The notes below the pieces were generated by a model, which did not search any database, was not told where the DNA came from, and worked only from the letters and a program-made list of their open reading frames with translations. Position numbers and translations under genes: made by a program. 64,000 bases of DNA from positions 20,919 to 84,918 of the forward strand of contig JAWLHR010000004.1 of NCBI GenBank assembly GCA_041690295.1, written 5' to 3'. The stretch comes from Bdellovibrionales bacterium. GTDB lineage: Bacteria > Bdellovibrionota > Bdellovibrionia > Bdellovibrionales > UBA1609. Shown piece after piece: positions 1 through 9,972 of this stretch (positions within the stretch are counted from its first letter, which is position 1; each line of letters begins with the position of its first letter).

Positions 1-105
1 TTGAATCTGAAAGTGAAGTCGGCCGAATTGATCGGAAAGCCCAATAGTGAAGGATTGGCGCCATCGGATCATTTCGGCGTGTGCGTGGATCTGGAAGTTG
101 AATGA
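1..105 (+). CDS. 3' end of endonuclease/exonuclease/phosphatase family protein (partial)
   Basis: Frame 1 reads ...GLAPSDHFGVCVDLEVE*; SDH motif typical of the EEP C-terminus; stop overlaps bolA ATG (ATGA). Confidence 0.7.
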   Translation: MNLKVKSAELIGKPNSEGLAPSDHFGVCVDLEVE

Positions 106-440
106 AGGAAATGGGACCGATCGAAAAAATCCTCCGTGAAAAGTTGGGCAATATCCTGGCGCCGAGTGTATTGGAGCTGAAAAATGAAAGCCCGATGCAT
201 GGCTTACCCGCCGAGGCCGAAAAACACTTCCGCTTGGTGGTGGTTTCCGAACTTTTTGCCGGAAAATCCCGCATCGACCGTCACCGGCTCATCAATCAGA
301 TCGTGGCCGATGAGTTGAACACCCATGTGCACGCGCTTACCATTCAGGCGTACACGCCCGAGGAGTGGCGTGAGCGCGAAGGGGCCACATTTGATTCCCC
401 TCAGTGTTTGGGCGGCGGCAAGCGTGAACGAGAGCGTTAG
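102..440 (+). CDS. bolA: BolA family protein
   Basis: NESxxH, HFRLVVVS, RHRLI, HAL motifs. Confidence 0.9.
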   Translation: MKEMGPIEKILREKLGNILAPSVLELKNESPMHGLPAEAEKHFRLVVVSELFAGKSRIDRHRLINQIVADELNTHVHALTIQAYTPEEWREREGATFDSPQCLGGGKRERER

Positions 441-613
441 CGGGAGAGTTCCTGGAGCTGTCGCTTAAGCTGCTCCATCAATTCCAAATGGCTCTGGGTC
501 TCAAACTCGGATTCCGGTTTCGTGGAGATCACTTCCGCCAGCTCATCAAGTTGGTCTTTGAGCTTGCGACACAGCTCCTGAACTCCAATATGACTTTGCG
601 GCTTCGTCTTCAT
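437..613 (-). CDS. small helical hypothetical protein (58 aa, not in ORF track)
   Basis: Manual translation MKTKPQSHIGVQELCRKLKDQLDELAEVISTKPESEFETQSHLELMEQLKRQLQELSR*; fills most of the bolA-ettA gap. Confidence 0.55.
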   Translation of the reverse strand: MKTKPQSHIGVQELCRKLKDQLDELAEVISTKPESEFETQSHLELMEQLKRQLQELSR

Positions 614-680
614 AGAGCATTTAGGATAAGTAGAGACCTAGTCCTTTGACAAGGAGTAAAGCGCCAGTTACAGGTGAGCT

Positions 681-2360
681 ATGGCGAATGAAATTATCTA
701 CACCATGAAGGGTGTGAGCAAAGTTTATCCTCCCAATCGGTATGTGCTCAAAAACATATACTTGTCCTATTTTTATGGCGCGAAGATCGGCGTGCTGGGT
801 TTGAACGGCGCCGGAAAATCCTCGTTGCTTAGAATTATGGCGGGTGTGGATCAGGATTTCCTCGGTGAAGCGTTCCCCGCGCGCGACTTCAAAGTCGGCT
901 ACCTGGAACAAGAACCCAAATTGGATGAAAGCAAAACCGTTAAGCAGAACGTGATGGACGGTCTCGGCGAGATCAATCATGTGCTAGCGGAATTCCAAAA
1001 AGTCTCGGATGAGTTGTGCAATCCGGATCTCGATCCGGATAAAATGGAAAAATTGATCGAAAAGCAGGCAGCTCTCCAGGAGCAGATCGAGGCGGTGGAT
1101 GGTTGGTCCATCGACTCCAAAGTGGAGCAAGCCATGGATGCGCTCCGCTGCCCCGATGGCGATTTACCGGTGACCAATTTGTCCGGGGGAGAGCGTCGTC
1201 GTGTGGCGCTCGCCCGTCTTCTTTTGTCGAACCCAGACATTCTCTTGTTGGACGAGCCCACCAACCATTTGGATGCGGAAAGCGTGGCGTGGCTCGAACA
1301 TTATCTCCATAAATTCCCCGGCACCGTGATCGCTGTGACTCACGATCGTTACTTCCTCGACAATGTGGCGGGCTGGATTTTGGAACTGGATCGGGGCGAA
1401 GGGATTCCCTGGAAAGGCAATTACACCTCTTGGCTGGAACAAAAAGAAAAGCGCCTGCAACAAGAAGCGAAAAGCGAACAGCGCCGTAACCGCACCCTTG
1501 AGCGCGAGCTGGAGTGGGTTCGCAAAACTCCCCAGGCCCGTCAAGCGAAGGCAAAAGCGCGGTTATCCGCCTACGAAAATCTCTTAAAAGAACCGCCGCC
1601 CGAGAAACTGCAGGAAATGCAGATTTACATTCCGCCTGGACCGCGTCTGGGTGAGGTGGTTATCGAGGCTAAGGACGTTTCCAAGGCCTATGGCGATAAA
1701 CTCTTATTTGAAAACTTGAACTTCACCATTCCCCGGGGAGCCACCGTGGGAATTATCGGCCCGAACGGCGCCGGTAAGACCACTTTGTTCCGATTGATCA
1801 CTGGTCAGGAGAAACCCGATAGCGGAACCTTCAAAGTGGGCGAAACCGTGAAACTGTCCTACTTGGATCAGGCGCGAACCCAGCTCGACCCGAATCGTTC
1901 GGTGTACGACGAAATTTCGGGCGGTGATGATGTGATCAAGCTCGGTTCCCGCGAGGTGAATGCCCGCGCCTATTGCTCATGGTTCGCCTTCGCCGGCGAT
2001 TCACAACAAAAGAAGGTCAAGGACTTATCGGGCGGTGAGCGTAACCGCATGTACATGGCCAAGATGCTCAAGCAAGGCGGTAACGTCCTCTTGCTCGACG
2101 AGCCGACCAATGATTTGGACGTGAACACCATGCGGGCCCTTGAAGAAGCCCTGCTGGAATTCGGCGGCTGCGTACTGGTCATTTCCCACGACCGCTGGTT
2201 CCTCGACCGGATCTGCACGCACATCATGGCCTTTGAAGGGGACTCGAAGGTTGAGTTCTTCAATGGCAATTACTCCGAATATGAAGCGGCGCTGAAGAAA
2301 CGTTTGGGTGTGGACACGCTCCAGCCCAAGCGCATTCAATATCGAAAGCTCAGCCGTTAA
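681..2360 (+). CDS. ettA: energy-dependent translational throttle ABC-F ATPase EttA
   Basis: Two ABC domains (GLNGAGKS, GPNGAGKT, LSGGE, LLLDEPTN), FFYGAKIGVLG N-terminus, GNYTSWLEQK linker. Confidence 0.95.
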   Translation: MANEIIYTMKGVSKVYPPNRYVLKNIYLSYFYGAKIGVLGLNGAGKSSLLRIMAGVDQDFLGEAFPARDFKVGYLEQEPKLDESKTVKQNVMDGLGEINHVLAEFQKVSDELCNPDLDPDKMEKLIEKQAALQEQIEAVDGWSIDSKVEQAMDALRCPDGDLPVTNLSGGERRRVALARLLLSNPDILLLDEPTNHLDAESVAWLEHYLHKFPGTVIAVTHDRYFLDNVAGWILELDRGEGIPWKGNYTSWLEQKEKRLQQEAKSEQRRNRTLERELEWVRKTPQARQAKAKARLSAYENLLKEPPPEKLQEMQIYIPPGPRLGEVVIEAKDVSKAYGDKLLFENLNFTIPRGATVGIIGPNGAGKTTLFRLITGQEKPDSGTFKVGETVKLSYLDQARTQLDPNRSVYDEISGGDDVIKLGSREVNARAYCSWFAFAGDSQQKKVKDLSGGERNRMYMAKMLKQGGNVLLLDEPTNDLDVNTMRALEEALLEFGGCVLVISHDRWFLDRICTHIMAFEGDSKVEFFNGNYSEYEAALKKRLGVDTLQPKRIQYRKLSR

Positions 2361-2905
2361 GCGGCGGCCGCGACCGGGGCTGTCTTTTTCGCGACAGCCT
2401 CGCTGACCACCTCATAAGCCTTCTGTAAGCGTACAAACTTGGCTGAGGCCTCTTTTCGCTCGGCGGGGGTCGCCCCAACGAGACGGTCGGGGTGGTAACG
2501 TTTGGCCAATCGCCGATAAGCTCGCTTTATTCTTTGCTTGGAAAGCCCTTCCCGTAACTCCGACGCCCCGAGGGCGATCAGGGTCTCGACCAGGGTTCGC
2601 GTACGCGCGTCGAATTGATTCAGAGGAATGACTACCTCGGGCGCGGACGGAGTTTTTTCTTTTCGCGTATTATGTAACTTACCGGCCTCCTTCGAGGAGT
2701 TTACCTTGGATTTAATTTCCTCAAGGGGACGGGGGCGGGGATAACGATTCAGTCCAAAGCGGGAAAAGACCGTCTGATTTAAATGAATATCGAAGGCCCA
2801 TGTGTTGGCCCCCTCCGAATAGGAATTTTCCGAGGGAGATGGCGGGGTTGTGCTCTCCTCCTCCTTGAGAAACTCGGACAAAATGTCTCGAAACGACTTT
2901 TCCAT
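2357..2905 (-). CDS. C-terminal J-domain (DnaJ-like) protein
   Basis: IKRAYRRLAKRYHPD with HPD motif; start refined to MEKSFRD. Confidence 0.8.
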   Translation of the reverse strand: MEKSFRDILSEFLKEEESTTPPSPSENSYSEGANTWAFDIHLNQTVFSRFGLNRYPRPRPLEEIKSKVNSSKEAGKLHNTRKEKTPSAPEVVIPLNQFDARTRTLVETLIALGASELREGLSKQRIKRAYRRLAKRYHPDRLVGATPAERKEASAKFVRLQKAYEVVSEAVAKKTAPVAAAA

Positions 2906-3022
2906 AGAGGGAAAATCGGAAGAATTTCGGTTTTCCCCGAGGGAAACACGACCATTTCTGGTCGGAAAAGGGGTTTTTCCGAGGGGAAAATGCATTTTCC
3001 CGAGGGAAAAACCACTTTTCCC
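2826..3022. repeat. array of palindromic TTTTCC-N-GGGAAAA motifs (putative operators)
   Basis: Copies at ~2826, 2898, 2931, 2955 (degenerate), 2975, 2995 and 3016 (half site). Confidence 0.6.
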
Positions 3023-3119
3023 TGCATTTTTCTTTGGACAAGCTGGACCTTTTCAGTATCATCAATCGAGTAAGCCATAACAAACTAACAACCAAAGCGA
3101 TTTGGGAGGGGAATTCAAA

Positions 3120-3512
3120 ATGGCGACTAAGAAGAAAAGAAAAGCGACGAAGAAGAAAGCCACCAAAAAGGCCACTAAGAAGGCCACGAAAAAAGCCACT
3201 AAGAAGGCCACAAAGAAAGCGACTAAAAAAGCGACGAAGAAGGCCAAGAGAAAAGGTGGAAAAAGAAAAGCCAATGCGGCTTTCATGAAACCCTTAACTC
3301 CGAGCGCGGCTTTGGCCGAGATCGTTGGATCCTCGCCGCTGCCCCGTACTCAGGTGGTTAAAAAATTGTGGGCCTACATCAAGCGCCACGGCCTGCAAGA
3401 CAGCAAAAACAAGCGCAACATCAACGCGGATTCCAAACTTCGTTCCGTGTTCGGAAAGAACACTGTTTCGATGTTTGAAATGACCAAGTTGGTGAGCAAG
3501 CACCTGCGCTAA
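3120..3512 (+). CDS. histone H1-like (KKAT repeat) + SWIB/MDM2 domain protein
   Basis: Tandem KKAT repeats, then FMKPLTPS..LAEIVG..PRTQVVKKLWAYIK..LQD SWIB signature; GGAGGGG RBS upstream of ATG 3120. Confidence 0.9.
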   Translation: MATKKKRKATKKKATKKATKKATKKATKKATKKATKKATKKAKRKGGKRKANAAFMKPLTPSAALAEIVGSSPLPRTQVVKKLWAYIKRHGLQDSKNKRNINADSKLRSVFGKNTVSMFEMTKLVSKHLR

Positions 3513-3536
3513 GTCGATTTCAAATCGATCGAACGT

Positions 3537-3569
3537 AAAAACCCACGGTCGCAAGCCGTGGGTTTTTTT
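3537..3569 (+). terminator. rho-independent terminator
   Basis: AAAAACCCACGG-tcgcaag-CCGTGGGTTTTTTT. Confidence 0.85.
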
Positions 3570-3681
3570 ATTCTTAACTCTTTGAAATTCCTTCAGTGTT
3601 GTCGAACAAAAAACGCGCGGTTTTCGCGCGAAAAAATCTTTCGTAGTCGCATCTGTGACTGATTTTAACCGTTTAGCCTCG

Positions 3682-3697
3682 CGGAACAGTCCTTGCT
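3682..3697 (+). promoter_or_regulatory. putative sigma54 -24/-12 promoter
   Basis: CGGAAC-AGTCC-TTGCT with GG-N10-GC spacing. Confidence 0.45.
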
Positions 3698-3740
3698 ATT
3701 GGAGTCCGTCATAAACACGGATTCAAGGATGAGGGTCCCA

Positions 3741-4034
3741 ATGGTCAGAGAAGCGGACGGTGGGTTAATGGGTTGGAGTCGCGGTGGCAGCCGGAGGCAG
3801 TCTCAGCGGCTAGGGCTGGCGGTCATGCTGGCTTTGTTTTTTTCGACGCAAAACCTTTGGGCCCTTAACCTTGATGAAGAAATCCAAAGGCGAAACGAAT
3901 CGGCCAACCAGATCTCGACGACCCTGGGTCGGGATCGCGCTCCGGTCAGACCAGCGCTCCCCAGCCTCGAATTGGACGCCGATGACGATTATAAGGTCCA
4001 ACTTATTCCCAAGAAACAAGACAAATCGGGTTAG
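3741..4034 (+). CDS. exported hypothetical protein (start uncertain)
   Basis: Hydrophobic signal-like segment LGLAVMLALFF..LWA; start moved downstream of the sigma54-like site. Confidence 0.55.
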   Translation: MVREADGGLMGWSRGGSRRQSQRLGLAVMLALFFSTQNLWALNLDEEIQRRNESANQISTTLGRDRAPVRPALPSLELDADDDYKVQLIPKKQDKSG

Positions 4035-4052
4035 TTCTGTTACCAGATAGGC

Positions 4053-4808
4053 ATGTCGCCATTGAGAACCGATGAAATCCCGAAAATGCGGGCCGCTGGA
4101 AAGCTGGCCGCGCGGACTCTTGAACACGTCGGCCGATTCGTTCGCCCCGGAATCACAACCAATGAGCTGGATCAGATCGTCCATGACTTCACATTAAGCC
4201 ACGGCGCCGTTCCGGCTCCCCTCGGGTACCATGGCTATCCTAAATCCAGCTGCACGTCCGTGAATGCGTGTATTTGCCATGGGGTGCCCGATCAGACCGT
4301 GTTGAAGGAAGGCGACATCGTCAATATCGATGTCACCTGCATTCTCGATGGTTTTTATGGGGACACCTCGAAGACCTTCTTCGTGGGTGAGGTGAATCAG
4401 GCGGCCCGGGATATCACTGACTGCGCCGAAAAGGCCATGTGGAAGGGCATTGAAGAGGTCCGCCCCTTCGCCACAACCGGAGATATCGGTTTCGCCATTA
4501 ACAAGTACGTGACCAAGAGGGGTTACCATGTGGTGCGGGAGATCGGCGGTCACGGGATCGGCAAGGTTTTCCATGATGATCCGTTCGTGCCCTCTTACGG
4601 CAAAAAAGGGCGGGGTCCCAAGCTTCAGCCTTGGTGCTGCATCACGGTTGAACCCATGATCAATGAGACGGACGCTCCACTCGAGGAGTTTTCGATCCCT
4701 GGCTCCGAGATCAAGTACTATTTGACCGGAGATAGGACTTTATCGGCCCAATTTGAACACACCGTGCTCGTGACAGACCGCGGTTATGAAATCATGACTT
4801 TGCCTTAG
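4053..4808 (+). CDS. map: type I methionyl aminopeptidase
   Basis: CTSVN..ICHGVP, NIDVT, GDTS, GGHGIG, EPMIN, SAQFEHT. Confidence 0.95.
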   Translation: MSPLRTDEIPKMRAAGKLAARTLEHVGRFVRPGITTNELDQIVHDFTLSHGAVPAPLGYHGYPKSSCTSVNACICHGVPDQTVLKEGDIVNIDVTCILDGFYGDTSKTFFVGEVNQAARDITDCAEKAMWKGIEEVRPFATTGDIGFAINKYVTKRGYHVVREIGGHGIGKVFHDDPFVPSYGKKGRGPKLQPWCCITVEPMINETDAPLEEFSIPGSEIKYYLTGDRTLSAQFEHTVLVTDRGYEIMTLP

Positions 4809-4897
4809 CGGGCGAATTGGCTTAATTCTGAGCTTTTCAGCCCGTGACAGGCGGGCACGGCCCAAAGCAAAAGGTGGATGATATGCGAGAGGTTACC

Positions 4898-6265
4898 ATG
4901 AAGACGAAGTCGGCAAAAACCGTAGTCGCCAAAGGCGCTTCGAAAGTGGACTATCGTGTCTGTAAAGAAGCGATGGAAGATCCCAAAGTTTTCGCCGAGA
5001 TGGCTCGCTGGGGTCGCGAAGAAATCAAAATCGCCGAAACCGAAATGCCGGGTTTGATGGCTTTGCGTGAAGAATACGGTAAACGCAAACCCCTCAAAGG
5101 CGCGCGCATCGCCGGTTGTCTTCACATGACCATTCAAACCGCCGTGCTCATTGAAACTCTGGTTGAGCTTGGCGCTAAGGTTCGTTGGAGTTCCTGCAAC
5201 ATCTTTTCTACCCAGGACCACGCCGCGGTGGCCATGGCCGCCGCCGGAATTCCGGTTTTCGCTTGGAAAGGCGAAACCGTGGATGAGGCGAATTGGTGTA
5301 TCGAACAGACCATTGAAGGTTGGGGACCGGACGGTTTTGACCTGATCCTCGATGATGGCGGTGACTTGACCAACATGATGCACGAGCCGCGCTATGCGAA
5401 GTACATGAAAAACATCATCGGGATCACCGAAGAAACCACGACTGGTGTTCACAACCTGGAGAAACTCCATCGTGCGGGTAAACTCAAAGCTCCCGCCATT
5501 AACGTGAACGATTCCGTGACGAAATCGAAATTCGACAATCTCTATGGCTGCCGTGAATCTTTAGCGGATGGTATTAAGCGCGCCACCGACGTGATGATCG
5601 CCGGAAAAGTGATTGTTGTGGCCGGATACGGCGATGTGGGTAAGGGTTGCGCGCATTCGATGCGCTCCTATGGCGGTCGGGTCTTGATCACCGAAATCGA
5701 TCCGATATGCGCTCTTCAGGCGGCCATGGAAGGATTTGAAGTGGTCACCATGGAAGAAGCGGTTGAAAAAGCCGACATCTTTGTGACCGCCACTGGATGC
5801 TGTGACATCATCACTGAAAAGCACTTCAAGAAAATGAAATCCGGGGCGATCGTCTGCAATATCGGTCACTTCGATATTGAGATCGATATGGACTGGTTGA
5901 ATAAGAACACCAAAGTGCGCGAAATCAAACCGCAAGTTGATATTCATACGTTCAAAGACGGCCGCGAGATCATTGTTTTGGCCAAAGGCCGCTTGGTGAA
6001 TCTGGGCTGCGCCACCGGCCACCCATCGTTCGTGATGTCCAACTCCTTCACCAATCAGGTGTTGGCGCAGATGGATCTTTGGCTCAACCGCGCCAAGTAC
6101 CAGGACATCGGCGTTTATCGTTTGCCGAAGGAATTGGATGAGAAAGTCGCGGCTTTGCACTTGGGCAAAATCGGCGTGAAACTCACCAAGCTGACAGAGA
6201 AACAGGCCAAGTATCTCGGCCTGAACCCCAAAGGCCCGTTCAAGCCCGAACACTACCGCTACTAA
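4898..6265 (+). CDS. ahcY: adenosylhomocysteinase
   Basis: [55 protein letters not shown]. Confidence 0.97.
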   Translation: MKTKSAKTVVAKGASKVDYRVCKEAMEDPKVFAEMARWGREEIKIAETEMPGLMALREEYGKRKPLKGARIAGCLHMTIQTAVLIETLVELGAKVRWSSCNIFSTQDHAAVAMAAAGIPVFAWKGETVDEANWCIEQTIEGWGPDGFDLILDDGGDLTNMMHEPRYAKYMKNIIGITEETTTGVHNLEKLHRAGKLKAPAINVNDSVTKSKFDNLYGCRESLADGIKRATDVMIAGKVIVVAGYGDVGKGCAHSMRSYGGRVLITEIDPICALQAAMEGFEVVTMEEAVEKADIFVTATGCCDIITEKHFKKMKSGAIVCNIGHFDIEIDMDWLNKNTKVREIKPQVDIHTFKDGREIIVLAKGRLVNLGCATGHPSFVMSNSFTNQVLAQMDLWLNRAKYQDIGVYRLPKELDEKVAALHLGKIGVKLTKLTEKQAKYLGLNPKGPFKPEHYRY

Positions 6266-6583
6266 AAGGTAGGCCGTTCCAAATCAGGATGCAGCTGGTC
6301 GCTACTGCGGCTATTTAGCCGCCCACGAGCGGCCGCTGCAGTGGCTGTTCGTTTTATCAGACGTCGTCGCGTGCGACATAGCCCCCTCGGCGAAGAGGTC
6401 GCCGTTCCATTCTCGAGAGGTCACCGTCTACCTGTGACTGTGGCCTGTGAATTTCGCCGCAAAGCTTCTTGGCCGGCACGGGTGAGAAACGGCCATCAAT
6501 TTCGCCCAACATCCTTTGGTCATATTGCAATTTGAAATCGAATACGCTTCCACCGATGGTCACAAGGGCGCTACCCTGAAACC

Positions 6584-7714
6584 ATGAACTTGTTCGCGGC
6601 CTTCGCTCTCCTTCTGAATTTCGCCGCCGCTCAGACGTTTGAGCAGTTGGGGCCCTTCGGAACCAAAGATCGAAAACTCATGAACCCCAACCATTGGATG
6701 GCCGTTGTCGGTGATAGCGGCGTGACGGGAGTCGTGACCGCGACCGATATTGAAGCGACGGTTCCCTCGTTGATGCATCTTTTCGGGGATTTCTTTTCCA
6801 CGCGTCGGTGGACGCCGCGAGTGGCTCTGGCCAGCGAGCTGCCGGCCGCGAGCCGATTCGGCATTGAAAAAATCGAACCCTTAACCCGCATTTTTTATTC
6901 AAGCGGGGAGTTCGAACGAAACGGGTGGCTTGGAAAACTGACGGCGAACCTGACCGCGAAACTGGCGCTGCGGCTGGATCAGCCGGAAAAATCTTTCGCT
7001 TACATGCTAGGCCGGTCCAGAGGAATTGCCGCCAGCGACATTGTTCTGGTCGGACAGGATGGGGCGCGGCTCGATTCGATCGCCGATCAACTTCAGCGCG
7101 TTTTCGAAATGAAAACCAAAACTCTTCCGCCGCTGATCGTGTTGTCGTTCACCGCCAATGACTACTGTGACGAAGACATTTTTGATGAAGATTTATCAGT
7201 CGTCGAGGCGCGTCTCTCAACACTCCTTTTAAAAGCTTGGTCGGATGCCAAAGAGTCGTTGCAACGTCCTCATCCGAATGGCACGCGGATCATGGTTTTG
7301 GCTCCGCTCGATGTGGGTCACGTGATCACCAACCCCGACATTCAAGCCAAGCGCATCCGCATGGAAGGTCATGGCGAGGTCACCTGTGGTCAGGTCAGAG
7401 AAGGTGAATTGGGATTCAACCTCAAAACCCGCTTTATCCAAAAACTGATCGGCGGATTGTGTCCATCGGTCACCGGAACCAAACCCAGCGAAATAGAAAA
7501 AGTCGAACGGCTTCGAGCCGTCCAACAAATTCTCATTCGCGTGTGGCAGGCCGAAATCGATCGGCTCAACCGCACCTACACGCAAATCCGATGGGAGTTG
7601 GTCGATGAAGTTCGCCAAATCTCATTTGTCGCCGACGACGTGGGCCCGGACTGTTTTCATCCCTCAGTCCACGGCCACGGTAAAATCGCCGAGCTGTTAC
7701 TCAAAAAGATTTAA
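6584..7714 (+). CDS. exported SGNH/GDSL hydrolase
   Basis: Signal peptide; VVGDSG block I, TAND block III, DCFHPS block V. Confidence 0.8.
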   Translation: MNLFAAFALLLNFAAAQTFEQLGPFGTKDRKLMNPNHWMAVVGDSGVTGVVTATDIEATVPSLMHLFGDFFSTRRWTPRVALASELPAASRFGIEKIEPLTRIFYSSGEFERNGWLGKLTANLTAKLALRLDQPEKSFAYMLGRSRGIAASDIVLVGQDGARLDSIADQLQRVFEMKTKTLPPLIVLSFTANDYCDEDIFDEDLSVVEARLSTLLLKAWSDAKESLQRPHPNGTRIMVLAPLDVGHVITNPDIQAKRIRMEGHGEVTCGQVREGELGFNLKTRFIQKLIGGLCPSVTGTKPSEIEKVERLRAVQQILIRVWQAEIDRLNRTYTQIRWELVDEVRQISFVADDVGPDCFHPSVHGHGKIAELLLKKI

Positions 7715-7744
7715 GGATCAAAGTCTTTAAGCAATGAAACTAAT

Positions 7745-9664
7745 CTAATTACAAAAAGTGAAATCAGAAATTTTGATATCACTGATACCTAAAGAATTGG
7801 AGGTTATGCCACAAATCGTTCGCTTATCAACCGTCACATAGTTTTTTCCCATGCCGATAAGATAAAAGAGGTTTTCTGGATTGGTGGCTTTCCCAATAAA
7901 ACTCTCTGGAGAGAACTTCGAAAAATATTGTGCAAAAATAGCATTTCGGAATGGCGCACCGGAAGAGAGGGGAAGGAGCAATCCTTGCCAAGGAATAGAT
8001 TTTTCAATTAAAGCTTTTTGTGCGTAATCAACCAAATCAACACAGGTTGCTTTGACATTATTCTGATTATTCCAAGCGTTGTTTAACTTCGCTTCTAGCT
8101 CTTTACAGTTGGGGAAAAAGTCGGGCAGCGCTAGATTCAAATTCATCAACGCGCGTGGACCTTTTATTTCTTTAAGACTTCCCTCAGGAACAAGACTCCG
8201 AATCGCACTATCGTCTTCATAGATTAAGCCATTCGAACGCAAATGATCTCTAATTAAATTTCGTATCTCCGCTGTGGACCATGGAATAGCATAACGCTCC
8301 AAACTTGCGTTTGTAATAAGGTAATAAGCAAGCGGAGTCTCAACTGTTAAGTTGTGTCTGTGTTCATTAATTAATTGATTGCTTCCATAAAGTGCAACGT
8401 CAAATAGCGAATTATCATCGGTTGACGTCCAAAAGTGTATGTGGGGTATGTGATAATCGTTCGATGCGGGCACCAGATATCCCTCATGAATGGTGCCATT
8501 TAATCGTCTTATATTCGTTAAACAGTAGGGTTTAACACCAATTTTTTACGAACTCTCAAAGTCGAACGTAGACCAGCCAAATCTGAAGTAAATGTTCATT
8601 AAACGACGGTCTAAATCGTCAGTTTGTGGTCCGCGTAAACAAACCGCATTTACGTCACGACAAAGAGACCATCCGGGAAGAATCCATGGCTTTGCATTCA
8701 TGATCAATTCAATCTCTCGTCGAATTTGCGCAACTCCAATGTTTGATTGTGAACAGTTCGTCAAAGGAGGGATCTCAAACATTAGAATTTGGGTTGCGCA
8801 TTTTGACGTCTCATCAGGAACACACTTAGATTCGTAACGTGATGTCAATGCGAACCTGGATTCCGTCTGATTATCGAAAAGCCTTGGGAAGACATGATTT
8901 GCGACGAATATTGAACTCCAGTCGTCGTAAGTCCTTGGGTCTAGCGAGACTACGGGGTGTGCAAGTTGAAGTCGTAAGCTGTTATTGGTAGTCTTATCCA
9001 CATTCAAATTGTAGTGAAAGGAGGTAATTGCAATGAATATTACTGGCAGGCTATGCACCCATGAAAATATCTTTGACGGAGTTGTCGCCGCATATACTGC
9101 ATACTCAGGAATTTCGGTAAGGATTTGCTCCTCCTCTATTAACCTAAGCCATATACCTAGATAAATGACCGCTGTTCCCAAAAGATTGTTCCAAGAGGGA
9201 AACAGGAAAAAATAAATCAAGACAAGGTGGACGAAACACGAGTAAATTGGGTGGCGAACTATGCTGTACATTCCCTTCGTGACTAATTTTCTGATTGCGG
9301 GAGTGACCCCAAAGTTGCTTCCAATATTGATGTAAGAAACAATCATTAGGCCAAAGTAAAAGACTATCGCGGAAGCGGATAAGATCATTTGAAGGGCGGG
9401 AATTCTGTTAAACGATGCTGGCGGCTGAAAAATCCAAAACCCCCCAAAGCTGAGTGCTAGACCGACTAACGACCTATAAGAGACACGTATCTTCTTTGCC
9501 TTGCTATTAAAAAGTATAAGAAAAGAAACCAGAATGGATTTTGCTAAGCCGAAAAATAAGGATTTTGTGTCACTAGATTGAGAAATTGCACTGAAGAGAT
9601 AATACGCGCTCAGTAAAATTATGAGCGCGCGCTCGATGACTGCTATTGCTGCATACCCTACCAT
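7745..9664 (-). pseudogene. ICMT/PEMT-family membrane methyltransferase fused to a family-5 solute-binding-like domain, interrupted by in-frame TAA at 8546-8548
   Basis: LVTKGMYSIVRHPIY..EEEQIL motif; SLDPRTYDDW..NHVF SBP5-like start; 24 open codons link the TAA in frame to ORF 7745..8473. Confidence 0.65.
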
Positions 9665-9906
9665 GGCTGATCAGATGCAGCAGGTCCTTTATTCACTATT
9701 TCTTCGAGTATTGCCTTAGTATCGGAATCTAATTGATCGATCTCTGCTAAGATTTCATTAGCTTTTTGTTCGTCAATATTAATGGTGGCGAGAAAGGAGG
9801 ATACAGCTTTTTTCAACGGAACTCGAGCAGTCTCGCTTCCAATCGCATAAACTGCGCTACAAGCGAGAAAGGTGAAAATATAGAAAGACAAAACGAATTT
9901 TTTCAT
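9658..9906 (-). CDS. small secreted protein (82 aa)
   Basis: GGGAGG RBS, MKKF..AVYA signal peptide; 3' end overlaps the ICMT-fusion start. Confidence 0.75.
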   Translation of the reverse strand: MKKFVLSFYIFTFLACSAVYAIGSETARVPLKKAVSSFLATINIDEQKANEILAEIDQLDSDTKAILEEIVNKGPAASDQPW

Positions 9907-9972
9907 AATACCTCCCAAAATAGTTAACCCACTAATTCGCGTGGTTTTTGAAATTTATCAAATAAAATCTAA

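Noticed and set aside
621..2339. Multiple minus-strand and alternate-frame ORFs over ettA (and similar shadows over map, ahcY, the catabolic operon and the adhesins)
   Set aside because: Antisense shadows of well-supported genes, with no motifs or RBS
2826..3022. Possible CRISPR array
   Set aside because: Units ~16 bp, degenerate, with only ~4-6 bp between them; no spacers and no cas genes
4809..4897. SAH/SAM riboswitch upstream of ahcY
   Set aside because: No consensus elements recognisable by eye; an Infernal/Rfam scan would be decisive
6266..6583. Short ORFs (6341..6535 +, 6357..6563 -) in the ahcY-SGNH gap
   Set aside because: No recognisable motif or RBS; could be a decayed fragment but unsupported
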